A stretch of DNA of 61,342 bases, filler included. It is 5 parts of 5 records of this genome, joined end to end, with 100 filler letters (N's around TTAATTAATTAA, not from the genome) between each part and the next. Parts side by side here need not be neighbours in the genome. Positions count along the whole stretch, not along the records: positions 35,733 to 45,108 come from SRR31147125_743; positions 45,209 to 53,369 come from SRR31147125_748; 3 more parts are not named here. One strand, written 5' to 3'. The position numbers were made by a program, and so were the translations under genes. Positions 40,702 to 52,220 of the stretch are shown one piece after another. The notes beneath the pieces were generated by a model. The model made no database searches and had not been told where the DNA came from. It saw only the letters and a program-made list of their open reading frames with translations. The number at the start of each line of letters is the position of its first letter. Within the stretch, counting starts at the first letter, position 1.

Positions 40702-42864
40702 ATGAAACCACTAGCCAAAACACTTTTCGTACTAGTTGTTTTTTGTATGCCCCTTTACATGAGTGCAAAGCCAGACGATTTCAAACTGGTAAAAGACAGG
40801 GTAGTAGCAGAACTAAGGAAATCTTTTATCGATGATAGTCGGGTAAAAACCATTGTCAGCAAAATAAATAAAGATGGAAGTTTTAATGACATAAACTACG
40901 TGGATTTGAGCAGGACAGCAGGATTCCCTCAGCGAAATCACACGGCTAATCTGGTCTATCTGGCAAAAGCATATAAAAACAAAACGTCAGAGTTTTACAA
41001 AAGTAAAAAGCTAAAAGAAATCATAACTGTGGGATATAAATATTGGGTTGACAACGATTTTTTTGGCGATAATTGGCACAATAATCAAATATCAACTCCC
41101 ACCAATTTAGTGAAATTGATGTTACTTATTGGTGACGAATTACCAGCGGATTTGGTTGAAAAAGGCCAACCCATTATTGGCAGGGCCCATATGAATGCAT
41201 CAGGTGCCCGACAAAGTGGAGACAGAATTGTCATTGCAAGTATCCTGGCAAAAAACCTGCTTTTTATAGGAGACAAAGAGGAATTCGACAAAATCATTAA
41301 AATCATCGAAGGTGAATTGAAATTTAATACGGGAAAGCGAGGAATGCAGCATGATTATAGCTTTCACCACAGAATAGACAGAGTAAACAATACAACTTCA
41401 TACGGATATGGAAAATATGCCAATGCGTTTGGCGAATGGTCCTTTTATGTAGCGAATACAAAATACGCCTTTTCGAAAGACAAAATAAATCACCTGATTG
41501 ACTATTATCTAGATGGAATATTCAAACAACAGGTATATGGTATTTATCCGGATATTAGCGTTAAAAACAGAAGCATTACCCATAAAGCAACATTTGCACC
41601 GCGCGGCACCGTTGAAATTGAGAGATTGTTGAAAAGTACGGATTATCGAAAGGAAGAGTTGGAAGAAATAATTAAATTAAGAAATGGTGAAACCAAACCA
41701 TCGCAGTCTTTTGCCAAATTTTTCTGGCAAACGGAGCACTTTGTATTTCAGCGGCCAGATTTTTACACAACTGTGAGAATGTTTTCTACCCGAAACAGAA
41801 ATATGGAAGTACCTTACAATGGCCCTGGAAAACCAACACATCATAGAGCTGATGGTACCAATTATTTAATGCTCAGGGGAGATGAATACCATAACATTTG
41901 GCCGGTTTACGACTGGCAAAAAATATCAGGTACGACCATTGTTCAAAAACCGGAATTATATCCGCCTTCTGAAATCCAAAAAGATGGACTAACTGATTTT
42001 GTGGGTGCTGTTACCGATGGTTTATATGGTGCCGTTGCATTCGATTTTAAAAGCCCGCATGATTTTGTTGCAGCAAAAAAGTCCTGGTTCTTCTTTGATA
42101 AAGAGTATGTTTGTTTGGGAACAGACATAAATTCTGACCGGAAATTGCCTGTTGCCACTACCGTTAACCAGGTTTTAATGCGAAGCAAAGTAACTGTTTC
42201 TCATAATGGTAAAATTGAAATATTACCGGAAGGTAATCGGGAGTTGGAAAAAGTAAAATGGGTACATCAGGATAGAATCGGGTACATTTTTCCGGAACCT
42301 GCAACAGTTAATTTGTCAAATCAAACACAAACAGGACGATGGTCAGACATTACTGACGAGAAAAACATTTCTGAGGAACTTGTTAGTGAAAAGGTGTTTA
42401 TGATGTGGTTCAATCATGGTAAACGCCCGGAAAATGCATCTTATCAGTACATCGTAGTTCCGAATGTGACGGAGCAGGAATTAAAAGAAACCAGCAATTC
42501 AAATCGTGACATTGAAATTCTTGCAAATACTTTAGAAATACAAGCAGTAAAACATACGAAACTTGAAATCTGTCAAATTGCATTCTACAAAGCAGGAAAA
42601 GTTGAAATTTCGGATGACCTTAAAGTCAGAATGGACAGTCAGGGGATGGCCATGATTAAAATGAAAGGAAATGAAATTGAGGAATTATCCCTTTCAGATC
42701 CATCAAGAAAATTAAGCAGAATTACTTTAACAGTTTCTGGTATATATCATTCCAGGGGAGATGGTTTTTTCACCATACCAAACAAAAGTGAGAACAATAC
42801 GTTGATTTTGGTGGACTTACCGCAGGGTGTTTATGCAGGGAAGAGTGTAACGGTCGAGTTGTAG
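40702..42864 (+). CDS. Polysaccharide lyase family 8 (chondroitin AC lyase-like), secreted
   Basis: Signal peptide; NWHNNQI, GMQHDYSFHH, SYG, VYDWQKISGTT, AKKSWFFFD, YQYIVVP. Confidence 0.92.
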   Translation: MKPLAKTLFVLVVFCMPLYMSAKPDDFKLVKDRVVAELRKSFIDDSRVKTIVSKINKDGSFNDINYVDLSRTAGFPQRNHTANLVYLAKAYKNKTSEFYKSKKLKEIITVGYKYWVDNDFFGDNWHNNQISTPTNLVKLMLLIGDELPADLVEKGQPIIGRAHMNASGARQSGDRIVIASILAKNLLFIGDKEEFDKIIKIIEGELKFNTGKRGMQHDYSFHHRIDRVNNTTSYGYGKYANAFGEWSFYVANTKYAFSKDKINHLIDYYLDGIFKQQVYGIYPDISVKNRSITHKATFAPRGTVEIERLLKSTDYRKEELEEIIKLRNGETKPSQSFAKFFWQTEHFVFQRPDFYTTVRMFSTRNRNMEVPYNGPGKPTHHRADGTNYLMLRGDEYHNIWPVYDWQKISGTTIVQKPELYPPSEIQKDGLTDFVGAVTDGLYGAVAFDFKSPHDFVAAKKSWFFFDKEYVCLGTDINSDRKLPVATTVNQVLMRSKVTVSHNGKIEILPEGNRELEKVKWVHQDRIGYIFPEPATVNLSNQTQTGRWSDITDEKNISEELVSEKVFMMWFNHGKRPENASYQYIVVPNVTEQELKETSNSNRDIEILANTLEIQAVKHTKLEICQIAFYKAGKVEISDDLKVRMDSQGMAMIKMKGNEIEELSLSDPSRKLSRITLTVSGIYHSRGDGFFTIPNKSENNTLILVDLPQGVYAGKSVTVEL

Positions 42865-43535
42865 AAATTTATATTTCGATATGGAATATAAAAATAAGAG
42901 CTGAAAAATTATTACATATAAGGTATCCGATCAGGTGATAATTTTTTATGTCTACTCTATCTGTTTTACACAAAATGTTCGAATTTATAAAAATGCCGGA
43001 GGGTTTGGATCGTTTTTAGGGTGATGTTTAGATACACTTTTTTTAGTTTTTCACTGACGCGGTTCCAACCATTGTTGTAATCGTTATATCCTGCGAATTT
43101 GCACGTTCGAAAACCTTGTTTTTTGCTCTTGAACCTTAATAGCATCATTAACCATAAAATCCCTAAACCTTATTACTTTATTTTTTAATAAAATAGAAAA
43201 TTGATCGTCCGACGTATCCATGTCGGATGCCACATAAATTGGGATATTTATCCTTACATTCTTTAATATATTTTTGTCTCATTTTTTCATTTTATACCTC
43301 CCAACTGTGGAAATAAAATATCTTTTAGATTAATTCTCCCCACTCCATAACAGCTTTTTGACTTTTGATTGTTTTTTGTGCTGTTATACTTTATATTGTA
43401 TAGACTCATTTTAACGGACTTTACGTTGTCACTGATTAAATTAACCAATGAGCGTGACTTTACCTCTAACATTCAAAAATTCATCGTAAAGTAGTGGATG
43501 AAATATTTGAATATATAATTCCGGAGAAAAAATAC

Positions 43536-43934
43536 ATGAGAAATATCATAACGGCCAGGTTAGCTGGTAATATACTTTTAACTGTTATGCTTTTGTTTGC
43601 GCTTTTTTTTGTTATGATACTATTGGGAGTCGTACCATCAAGCCTTGTCGGGGGTGGGCAACTGGACAATTCTTCAAATCCTCCTTTTCCATTTGAAATA
43701 ATAGCACTTTTCACCATACTGGTGTTTTCATATATCATTTCCATAAAAAGTGGCTATATCAAAGCAGAAAACCTGACAAAAACAGCCAATGTGGGTATCT
43801 GGCTCATTTTCGTTTATTTTGTTTTAAATACAATTGGAAACTTCACATCAGATGTCATGATTGAAAAATTGGTTCTTGCTCCCATTACTCTCATCCTGGC
43901 ACTATTGTCACTAAGGTTGGCATTGGAAAAATAA
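43536..43934 (+). CDS. Four-TM hypothetical membrane protein
   Basis: ATG after GGAG; four hydrophobic segments; GGG and NTIGN..S..EK motifs. Confidence 0.75.
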   Translation: MRNIITARLAGNILLTVMLLFALFFVMILLGVVPSSLVGGGQLDNSSNPPFPFEIIALFTILVFSYIISIKSGYIKAENLTKTANVGIWLIFVYFVLNTIGNFTSDVMIEKLVLAPITLILALLSLRLALEK

Positions 43935-43940
43935 TCAAAT

Positions 43941-44738
43941 TTAAAATCCCGTAACTACAATACTCCCTGTGATCACCCTTAAAAAAACTGTCCCTTTTCC
44001 GTCACCAAGTTGACCACTTCGGGAGTTAGCGGAGGTGTTCTGGTTCTGCAGTACAAGACCTGATATGTTTATTCCTCCCGTTATCACACTGGCCGAGAAT
44101 TGAGCGGATGTACTTGTAGGTAAAGCAAGTTGAATGCCTCCTGTTACCGTACTCATATCGAGGGTACCATTTACAGGTAAACTCACTTTACCATTGATAG
44201 AACCGGTGACTAGTTGAACGGATGTGTTGCCGGTAATGTTATCCACGACAACGTCACCTGTTACCACATTAATAGCAACCCGGTTATTGATGGATGCCGT
44301 TGTCACCGTTCCGGTCACATTACCAATCTTTATTTCCAGATCCTGTGGTAGCGTGATTGTGTAATTTACAATATAGTTACGTCCTTGCGTGTTTTCAGGT
44401 TGAATGGTTCTTACAAATATCTCGTTTGGTAAATTTTGCACATCAACTTCAAGGTCACCTAAATGATCTTGGGCCTCTTGATTACTTTTCGCTTCAATCC
44501 GTTTTTCTCCGGTGATCGTGATAGTATTGGTGTTTGTCTTTCCAGTTACACTAATAGTGCCAGTGATCCCTTCCAATCTGAATCTGGTCTGATTAACAAC
44601 TTCCACCGTGGAAGAAAAAGGCTCGTCTGCAGAGTATTTGTTTTCACTGTTTACAGGATTATCATCATCACCACATTGAAACCACAGTATACAACTTGTC
44701 AATAACAGCAATATTAGCAATTTGTTTGTGTTTTTCAT
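43941..44738 (-). CDS. DUF4097/putative-adhesin-family beta-strand repeat lipoprotein
   Basis: AGGAGG RBS; signal ending in C; YTITLP, repeated (N/T)VTG units, LGDGKG..LRVITGSI. Confidence 0.85.
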   Translation of the reverse strand: MKNTNKLLILLLLTSCILWFQCGDDDNPVNSENKYSADEPFSSTVEVVNQTRFRLEGITGTISVTGKTNTNTITITGEKRIEAKSNQEAQDHLGDLEVDVQNLPNEIFVRTIQPENTQGRNYIVNYTITLPQDLEIKIGNVTGTVTTASINNRVAINVVTGDVVVDNITGNTSVQLVTGSINGKVSLPVNGTLDMSTVTGGIQLALPTSTSAQFSASVITGGINISGLVLQNQNTSANSRSGQLGDGKGTVFLRVITGSIVVTGF

Positions 44739-45108
44739 GACTATGCCTCCTTCACCTAGTTTTTCGAGGAATTTATATTGGAGATGGTTTTATCGATTAT
44801 TAATCACACCTTAATTATGTATTGAAACACAATAAAAATTCTATCAGCCAGTAACTACCAGTAACGAATTGATTGAAATCTCAAAAATGGGCCACAAGGA
44901 GAAAAAACAAAATCGCAGGAGGATTTTATCTATTGTTATTTTATATATCTTAGAATAGAGTCGAGATGAAGGTGATCCATTACATAAATTAGAAGAAAAT
45001 CTGCTCACAGCACTTTACGTGAACTCATTCATCCATTCCTTAACTTTACATTTTGTAGACCATTCCAAAGATATTCGTTTGAGGGAAACGCATCAGAGCT
45101 TTACAAAA

Positions 45109-45208
45109 NNNNNNNNNNNNNNNNNNNNNNNNNNNNNNNNNNNNNNNNNNNNTTAATTAATTAANNNNNNNNNNNNNNNNNNNNNNNNNNNNNNNNNNNN
45201 NNNNNNNN
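45109..45208. other. Artificial contig spacer
   Basis: N44-TTAATTAATTAA-N44. Confidence 0.99.
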
Positions 45209-45451
45209 AGGGTTAATCTCATGTTCTTTGGGAATTTTTACGACATGAAATACGAAGAATATGAATGGGCTGTAAAAGAAATGATGAAAGATTATGATGG
45301 TTTATACAGCAATATGATAAAAGACCAGTTTAGCCTTGGAGTTGTACTAGCATCAAAATACAACCGCATTCGAATTGCCTATAATATTTTCATGTTTGGG
45401 TTAATCATTTTTGTATTCAGCATCATCTTGGTTCAACTCATAAACATCTAA
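45209..45451 (+). CDS. C-terminus of a Pycsar-effector-like (DUF5706) membrane protein, 5'-truncated
   Basis: RVNLMFFGNF..YEWAVKEMMKD..LYSNMIKD..LGVVLASKY..IRIAYNIFMFG plus terminal TM; typical of Bacteroidota HD-DUF5706 proteins (HD part not in the contig). Confidence 0.8.
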   Translation, partial: RVNLMFFGNFYDMKYEEYEWAVKEMMKDYDGLYSNMIKDQFSLGVVLASKYNRIRIAYNIFMFGLIIFVFSIILVQLINI

Positions 45452-45454
45452 TGA

Positions 45455-48400
45455 ATGTATCGGTTTCTATTCATTCTTTTTTTATGTCTGAATGTACAGA
45501 CACAGCTTTTAGCCAAAGATAGTCAGGTTTTTTATCTGATTGGTGAAGTAAAAAAAACTGAATACTCCGATGTTTATTTTAATGAATTACAGAAAAAGCT
45601 ATTAGAAGAAACTGCCACTCTTATTTTTCTTGGGAACTATTCAGGAAAGATACAATATGACCTTGAAACAGATGAATTAAACTACCAAAGCCAGATTCCG
45701 GAGTTCTTCCTAAATTTTATTGAAAAGCAAAAAATTGAAACCTATTTTTTAGCCGGAAACAAAGAATGGAACAATGGCAAACGAACCGGTCAGGATGTTG
45801 TTAATGAAATTGAAAAGGTATATAAAAAGCGATTTAAGAAACATGTCAAATTTATTCCAGACGATGCACAACCAGGCCCAATTGTAAAAAAGCTGAACGA
45901 AAATACAGTCCTTATCTTTGTCAACACCCAGTTTTTCCTTCAACAAGAAGTGGATATTTCCAGAATAAATCACGATTTCGATGATGTAGAGAGCCACTCC
46001 AGCTTAAAAAGAACTGCTTTTATTTTTCTTTCAGATTTGCTAAAAAAACACAGCAATAAAAACATCATCATGTTTGGGCATCACCCTGCTGTGAATAATG
46101 GGTTTTATGGTGGTCACTTCACAATCAAAGAACATTTATTCCCATTAGCAGGAAATGGGTCTTTTTATTTACCACTTCCCGGTTTTTTATATTATGCGCC
46201 ACGAAAATGGATGGGGGCACCTCAAGACCTCAATCACCCGGAATATCGACAAATGACAAATGGCATAAAAAAACTCTCGGCATTTTTACCCAATATGCTT
46301 TACATTTCTGGTCATGAAAACAATTTCCAGTTTAATGAATTAGGAATGGCCAAACAACTAATCGTTGGTGCTATTGCACAACCCTTCAAAAACAATAAGG
46401 TAGAAATTGCATCACATGGGTTTACCCGGCTGGAATTAAAAGATAACAACAAAGCATCTATCAATTTTATTAGTCTGAAGAATAAAAAGTTTTCATCATT
46501 AACAACCAAAGAATTTAAATTTAAGCGAAACCCACTTCTAAAACTATTAGAGCGGGCTAAAAAAACGACAAAAAGTAAAGTACTTGCTACGCCGAGCAAA
46601 CAATACGAACAAAGTAAATTTATCCGCTCCATTATGGGCGAAAACTATCGTGAAGTATGGGCAACGGAGAGTGAATTCCCTGTATTTAATATTGAAAAAG
46701 AAAAAGGTGGGCTGAAAATTTTAAAGCGAGGAGGAGGACAGCAAACGCAGTCTTACCGACTTGAAAATAAAGATAAAAAACAATACGTACTTCGCTCGGT
46801 TGAGAAGAATGCCTCGGGCGCACTTCCACAGAGCCTAAAAGGAACAATTGCAGTTAGTGCCATTCAGGATGCAATCTCTGCCTCCCACCCATATGGAGCT
46901 GTAGTAGTCCCGAAACTTGCTGAAGCAGCTGAAATATATCATACGAATCCCAAAATTGTTTACGTACCCGACGATCCTGCACTAGGAATTTATCGACATG
47001 AGATGAAAAACAAGCTTTTCTTGTTCGAAGAGCGCCCTGCAAAGAACCGAAATGACATTTCTAGTTTTGGATTTTCAAAAAATATCGTTTCAACCCCAGA
47101 TGTACTAGAAAAGCTAATTGAAGATGACGATATTGTTATTGACCAAAAGTTTGTGCTTCGTTCCAGGTTATTCGACATGTGGATTGCCGACTGGGACAGG
47201 CACGACGACCAATGGCGATGGGCTAGTTTTAAAAGAAATGGAAAAACGACACTCCGTCCTATTCCCCGCGATCGTGACAATGCCTTTTTTAATTCTGATG
47301 GCTCACTATTCAAAATTGCTGAACTGAAGTGGGTACAACCCAAATTCCAGGGCTTTAAGTCCAACACCCGAAATATTGAAGGATTTAATTTTAATGGTCG
47401 GTATTTTGACCGCACATTCCTAAACGCTTTAACAATTACCGATTGGCAAAACGCTGCTCACGACCTGCAAAAAAAGCTAAGTAATGAAGTTATTGAAAAC
47501 AGTGTCGATTCATCCCTGCCGTATAATATTAATTCCATTTCAGGCGATCGAATAAAAAACGGTATTGAAGGAACGTAGAGAAAACCTTTTAAATTTTGCT
47601 GAAAATTACCATCGGTTTATCAGCAAAAAGGTAGATGTAGTTGGAACAAAAGACGAAGATTTATTTAAGGTTCAACGCTTCAATGATTCAACACGTGTTG
47701 ATGTTTTTTCAGTTTCGGAGAAAAAGGAACGAATTAAAAATCATTTATACGGAAGAACCCTCATTAATAATGACACGAAAGAAATTCGACTTTATGGTTT
47801 AGATGATGAAGACCAATTTGAAATTAAAGGAGAAGCTACAAATGGCATAAAACTTCGTTTAGTTGGCGGAAAAGGGAAAGATAAATACACCGACTCTTCA
47901 AAAGTTAAAGGGAGTGGTAAGAAAACGTTTATTTACGATCGGTTTGGGAAGAACAAAATATCTAAAAGCAGTGAAACTGCATTAAGGTTAAGAAACAGCA
48001 AAAAAGTATACGAATACAATCGAAAGCAATTTAAATACAACACTACCATGCCATTAATAGCTTTTGGTTTTAACGTAGATGACGGGATACTTCTGGGAGG
48101 TGGGTTCTTAAATCGAAGTTATCATTTCCGGGATTCAACCATGCACATGTTTAATGGGAAAAAATCATTCACAACAAATGCTTTTCAGGCAAAATACAAG
48201 ATGTATACCACCTCCGTTTGGCGAAACTTTGATTTCTTTTTTGATGCTGAAATAAGCATGCCTTTTACTACTGATAACTTCTTTGGATACGGTAACGAAA
48301 CTGAAAATCTGCTGGAACACAAAAAGATTATCGTATTCGGTATCGCATAATCGACATAGCACCTTCAATAGCCTGGCTGCATAATTCAAACATCTTACTA

Positions 48401-49078
48401 AAAACAGGCGTTCGTTATATTCATACTGACCTGGAGTTGACAGACAACCATAAACTTTTCCCAATAAACAGTAGCACTTTCCCGGAAAGTGTACCTATTG
48501 ATTTGTTTGACAAACACCAGTATATTTCTTCCTTTTTATCTTTTGAATACCAAAATTTAAATCGAAAATTATTTCCTTCACGAGGGATAACGCTTAATGC
48601 AGAGATTTCAAGATTTAAAAGCCTGAACGAATTTGATGATTTCACCCAAATTGATGCACATCTTTCAACTTATTTAAGTTTCAGAAAAGATCCTCGCATG
48701 GTTTTGGCAGTAAGAGCCGGGGCTCTTAAAAATACTGGCGATTATCCATTATATGAAGCTGCCAGATTGGGTAGAAAAACCAATCTTCGAGGTTTTCGAT
48801 CCAGCCGATTTGCCGGAGATGCAATGGCATATCAAAATACTGATTTACGATTAAAAGTAAAAAATTTAAATTCATACATTTTTAGTGGAAGCTTAGGTCT
48901 GCTCTTTTTTCATGACATTGGTAGAGTTTGGCTGGCTGGGGATAAATCAGACAAATGGCATCAGGGCTATGGAGTTGGTGCATGGTTTGCACCATTCAAC
49001 TTTACAAACCTAAGCCTCCAATACGAACATTCGAATGAAGAAAACCTGATAACCATTAATTTCAATTTTTTATTTTGA
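45455..49078 (+). CDS. Metallophosphoesterase-like + kinase-like + Omp85/BamA-TamA barrel fusion (~1200 aa); frameshifts near 47557 and 48323
   Basis: Three ORFs (45455-47578, 47565-48350, 48437-49078) join at A-runs; signal peptide; GHHP/SGHE; GGGQQT, DWDRHDDQW, PRDRDNAF; barrel motifs PSRG, LRGFRSSRFAG, HDIGRVW, terminal F. Confidence 0.85.
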
Positions 49079-49836
49079 AAAAACTGCTACTCATCATATT
49101 CGTTTGTCCGATTTTGTGTTTTTCACAGAAATCTCAAAATGAAGCATACTTAAAACAGGCATACCTAAACGCGGCTATTGAAAAAACAGCTGATCATTTT
49201 GCTCTTCACTTTTTGAATGATTCAACCATCAAGCAATCAGTGAATGGCAGCATCAAGCAAATTATGCTTATCCGTCACCAGAAAGTAAATATCGACAAAC
49301 AGCTTTTTTACAATTACAAAAAGTTAGAAAAGTATAAGTCTGATTATGACATTGAAGATATCTACCCTGTCCAGACAATATCAATTCTTAACTCCAAAGA
49401 ACTTGACACCATTTACACAAGTACACTTCATCGTTCCAAAGCCACTGCCTCTTTACTGCTTGGAGACAAATATGCATACGAGGCAAAATCTTTTTTCAAT
49501 GAACTGAAACCGGGCACTGTGAATATTCCGTTATTATATCTTCCCAGACCACTTTGGAATGGCTTAAATCGATTTTTCTGGATGTTTGGCTCAAAACCAA
49601 AAGCCAGCTCAGAAAACCGAACAATGGCGCAACGTAGGGTAAACCTGGCAGCAAACTTTCTCGATTATAAAGCCTATGAAGATGGGAAAGTATTGCTTGT
49701 TGCGCATGGCTATATGAACCTCTTGCTTCGGAAACGATTAAAAAATATGGGCTGGCTACTAATAGAACATACGGGGCATGAAAATCTGGGCGGAAGTCTT
49801 TTGGTAAAGATTGAAGGAGAGAAGGTACGAAGATGA
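49075..49836 (+). CDS. Secreted histidine-phosphatase-superfamily protein
   Basis: TTG start overlapping the upstream stop; signal peptide; LIRHQ (RHG variant), TSTLHRSKAT, FNE, LLVAHG. Confidence 0.75.
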   Translation: MKKLLLIIFVCPILCFSQKSQNEAYLKQAYLNAAIEKTADHFALHFLNDSTIKQSVNGSIKQIMLIRHQKVNIDKQLFYNYKKLEKYKSDYDIEDIYPVQTISILNSKELDTIYTSTLHRSKATASLLLGDKYAYEAKSFFNELKPGTVNIPLLYLPRPLWNGLNRFFWMFGSKPKASSENRTMAQRRVNLAANFLDYKAYEDGKVLLVAHGYMNLLLRKRLKNMGWLLIEHTGHENLGGSLLVKIEGEKVRR

Positions 49837-49842
49837 GAGTGG

Positions 49843-50108
49843 ACAGTTATTAGTTGTCGGTTATCAGTTTTCGGTAATCGGAAACTTGTAATGATATTTT
49901 TAAATTAAGTGTGTCCGTCTTCCCCAAAGCACTTCTTTTTAATCGTCATTTTTAGTCATTGAATTGTCATTATACAGTTTTTTTATGAAGAATGATGACT
50001 AATGACCAGTCTGTATATATCAACGGATTCTTACTACTCACTACTCGCAACTCGTAACCCGCAACTCCTGAGCTGGCTTCAACTTCTGACTTCCAACTTT
50101 TAACTTCT
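49843..50108. repeat. Cluster of degenerate 7-nt tandem repeats
   Basis: TCRGTTR-like x6 (49843-49884), TCGCAAC-like x5 (about 50030-50067), TTCYAAC-like x4 (about 50078-50108). Confidence 0.75.
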
Positions 50109-50109
50109 T

Positions 50110-52208
50110 CTAACTAATCACACTCCAGTTAAATTCAGTATTTTTCATTTTTAGAAGATGGTAAAGCAACAGTTTGTTTTCATCCTTTTCTAGTCTGGGA
50201 TCATCATTCAGAATATCATTTGCCATATCGCGGGCAATTCGTAAAATTTCACCATCGCGCCCAAGGTTTGCTATTTTCAAATCTATCCCCAAACCACTCT
50301 GCTGTGTTCCTTCAATATCACCCGGACCGCGAAGCTGAAGATCAACTTCAGCAATTTCAAACCCATCATTGGTGCGAACCATGGTCTCCAAACGTTTTCG
50401 GCTTTCGTTACTAATTTTATAAGACGACATTAACAAACAAAAAGATTGTTCAGCACCTCGTCCTACCCGCCCCCGCAGCTGATGCAACTGGGAAAGCCCA
50501 AAACGCTCAGCACTTTCAATAACCATTACCGAAGCATTGGGCACATCCACCCCAACTTCAATTACAGTGGTTGCTACCATTATTTGCGTTTTCCCTTCTT
50601 TAAAAAGCTGCATTTCTGCATCCTTCTCCGCAGGCTTCATTCTTCCATGAACCATACTGATTTTGTATCGGGGGAAAACCTCTTGCATCAATTCATAGCC
50701 ATCTTCCAGGTTCTTTAAATCCAGTTTTTCAGATTCACTAATTAGTGGATAAACCATATAAACCTGACGCCCAACATCAACTTGCTTGCGAATAAACTCA
50801 TAAACCTGCTTGCGACGGTTTTCCAGGAAATGACGGGTATCTATTGGTTTTCTTCCCGGAGGCAATTCATCGATAACAGAAACATCCAAATCGCCATATA
50901 AAGTCATGGCTAAGGTACGTGGAATCGGGGTAGCTGTCATCACCAAAACATGAGGAGGAATACCCAAATTCTTCTTCCATAGCTTTGCACGCTGAGCCAC
51001 TCCAAATCGATGCTGCTCATCAATAATAACCAATCCCAGTTTATGAAACTTCACAGTATCTTCAATCAGCGCATGAGTTCCAACCAATAACTGAATCTCC
51101 CCCTTTTCGAGCTGATCATGAATAAGCCTACGCTCTTTTGCTTTAGTAGATCCAGTTAGTAAAGCTATTTTTACTCCCAAGCCCTGCAACATTTTCTGAA
51201 TTGTATTGTAATGCTGAATTGATAATATTTCTGTTGGAGCCATTAAACTAGCCTGATAACCATTATCAAAAGCAATAAGTGCAACCATTAAGGCCACCAA
51301 CGTTTTTCCACTGCCAACATCTCCCTGAAGCAAACGGTTCATTTGTCTACCGGAACCTAAATCTTTTCGTATCTCCTTAATTACCTTTTTTTGTGCTCCA
51401 GTTAACTCAAAAGGCAAATTATTCTCATAAAACTTATTGAAGTTGAATCCAACCTGAGCAAATACAAACCCCTTAAAAACATCGTAACGCTTATGCTTTA
51501 AACTCAATATTTTAAGCTGAATGTAAAACAACTCCTCAAACTTCAACCTGAAAGTTGCATTTTGCAACAGGCGTGTACTCTCCGGAAAATGAACCTGTTT
51601 AAGCGCATCTTTAAGTGGCATTAGCTTTAATGGTTCTTTTACTTGAGCAGGAAGTGTTTCGTATATTTTCCCAACCAAGGCCTGTGCCAGGTTAAATTGC
51701 AATTTATTAATTGCACTGGTGTTTAGAAACCGCTTTTTTAAAACTTCGGTTGTATTATAAAAGGCTTGCAATACCCCAGTTTTAAACTGCTCACTGTGCT
51801 CATTTTCCATTTCAGGGTGAATAATATTTACCCGCCCGTTAAACACAGAAGGTTTACCAAATGCAACATAGGTCTGACCAATCTTCAGATTTTCACGTAT
51901 ATATTTCACACCTTTGAACCACACCAAATCCATCGAGCCGGAGTCATCATGAAAAACAGCACTTAGCCGTTGTTTTCGTTTCTCTCCCAATACCTCAAAC
52001 GATCTAATTTTACCTTTCACCTGAATATAAGCCTGATTGGCATTTACTTCTGAAATACGATGAAATTTGGTACGATCAACATATTTATAGGGAAAATAAT
52101 AGAGCAAATCCCTGAATGAAAAAATGCGTAGCTCTTTTTTAAGAAGCTCCGCACGCTTGGGGCCAACCCCGGCAAATAGGTTATATCCTGATCGAGATAC
52201 TCGGGCAT
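50110..52208 (-). CDS. recG: ATP-dependent DNA helicase RecG; frameshift near 52169
   Basis: True start MPEYLDQDITYLPG(VGPKR) in an adjacent frame, break in a G-run; LQGDVGSGKT, DEQHRFG, MTATPIPR, QLRGRVGRG, DLQLRGPG. Confidence 0.96.
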
Positions 52209-52212
52209 AAAA

Positions 52213-52220
52213 CAAAGATA
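52213..52220 (-). promoter_or_regulatory. Bacteroidota -7 element TATCTTTG immediately before the recG ATG
   Basis: Only 4 nt between the element and ATG 52208. Confidence 0.65.

Noticed and set aside
43206-43229. CGTCCGAC-N8-GTCGGATG palindrome as an operator
   Set aside because: Single copy, no adjacent regulator or clear target; cannot be supported.
45209-45451. Complete Pycsar anti-phage system
   Set aside because: Only the effector-like C-terminus is visible; no PycC cyclase in the contig.
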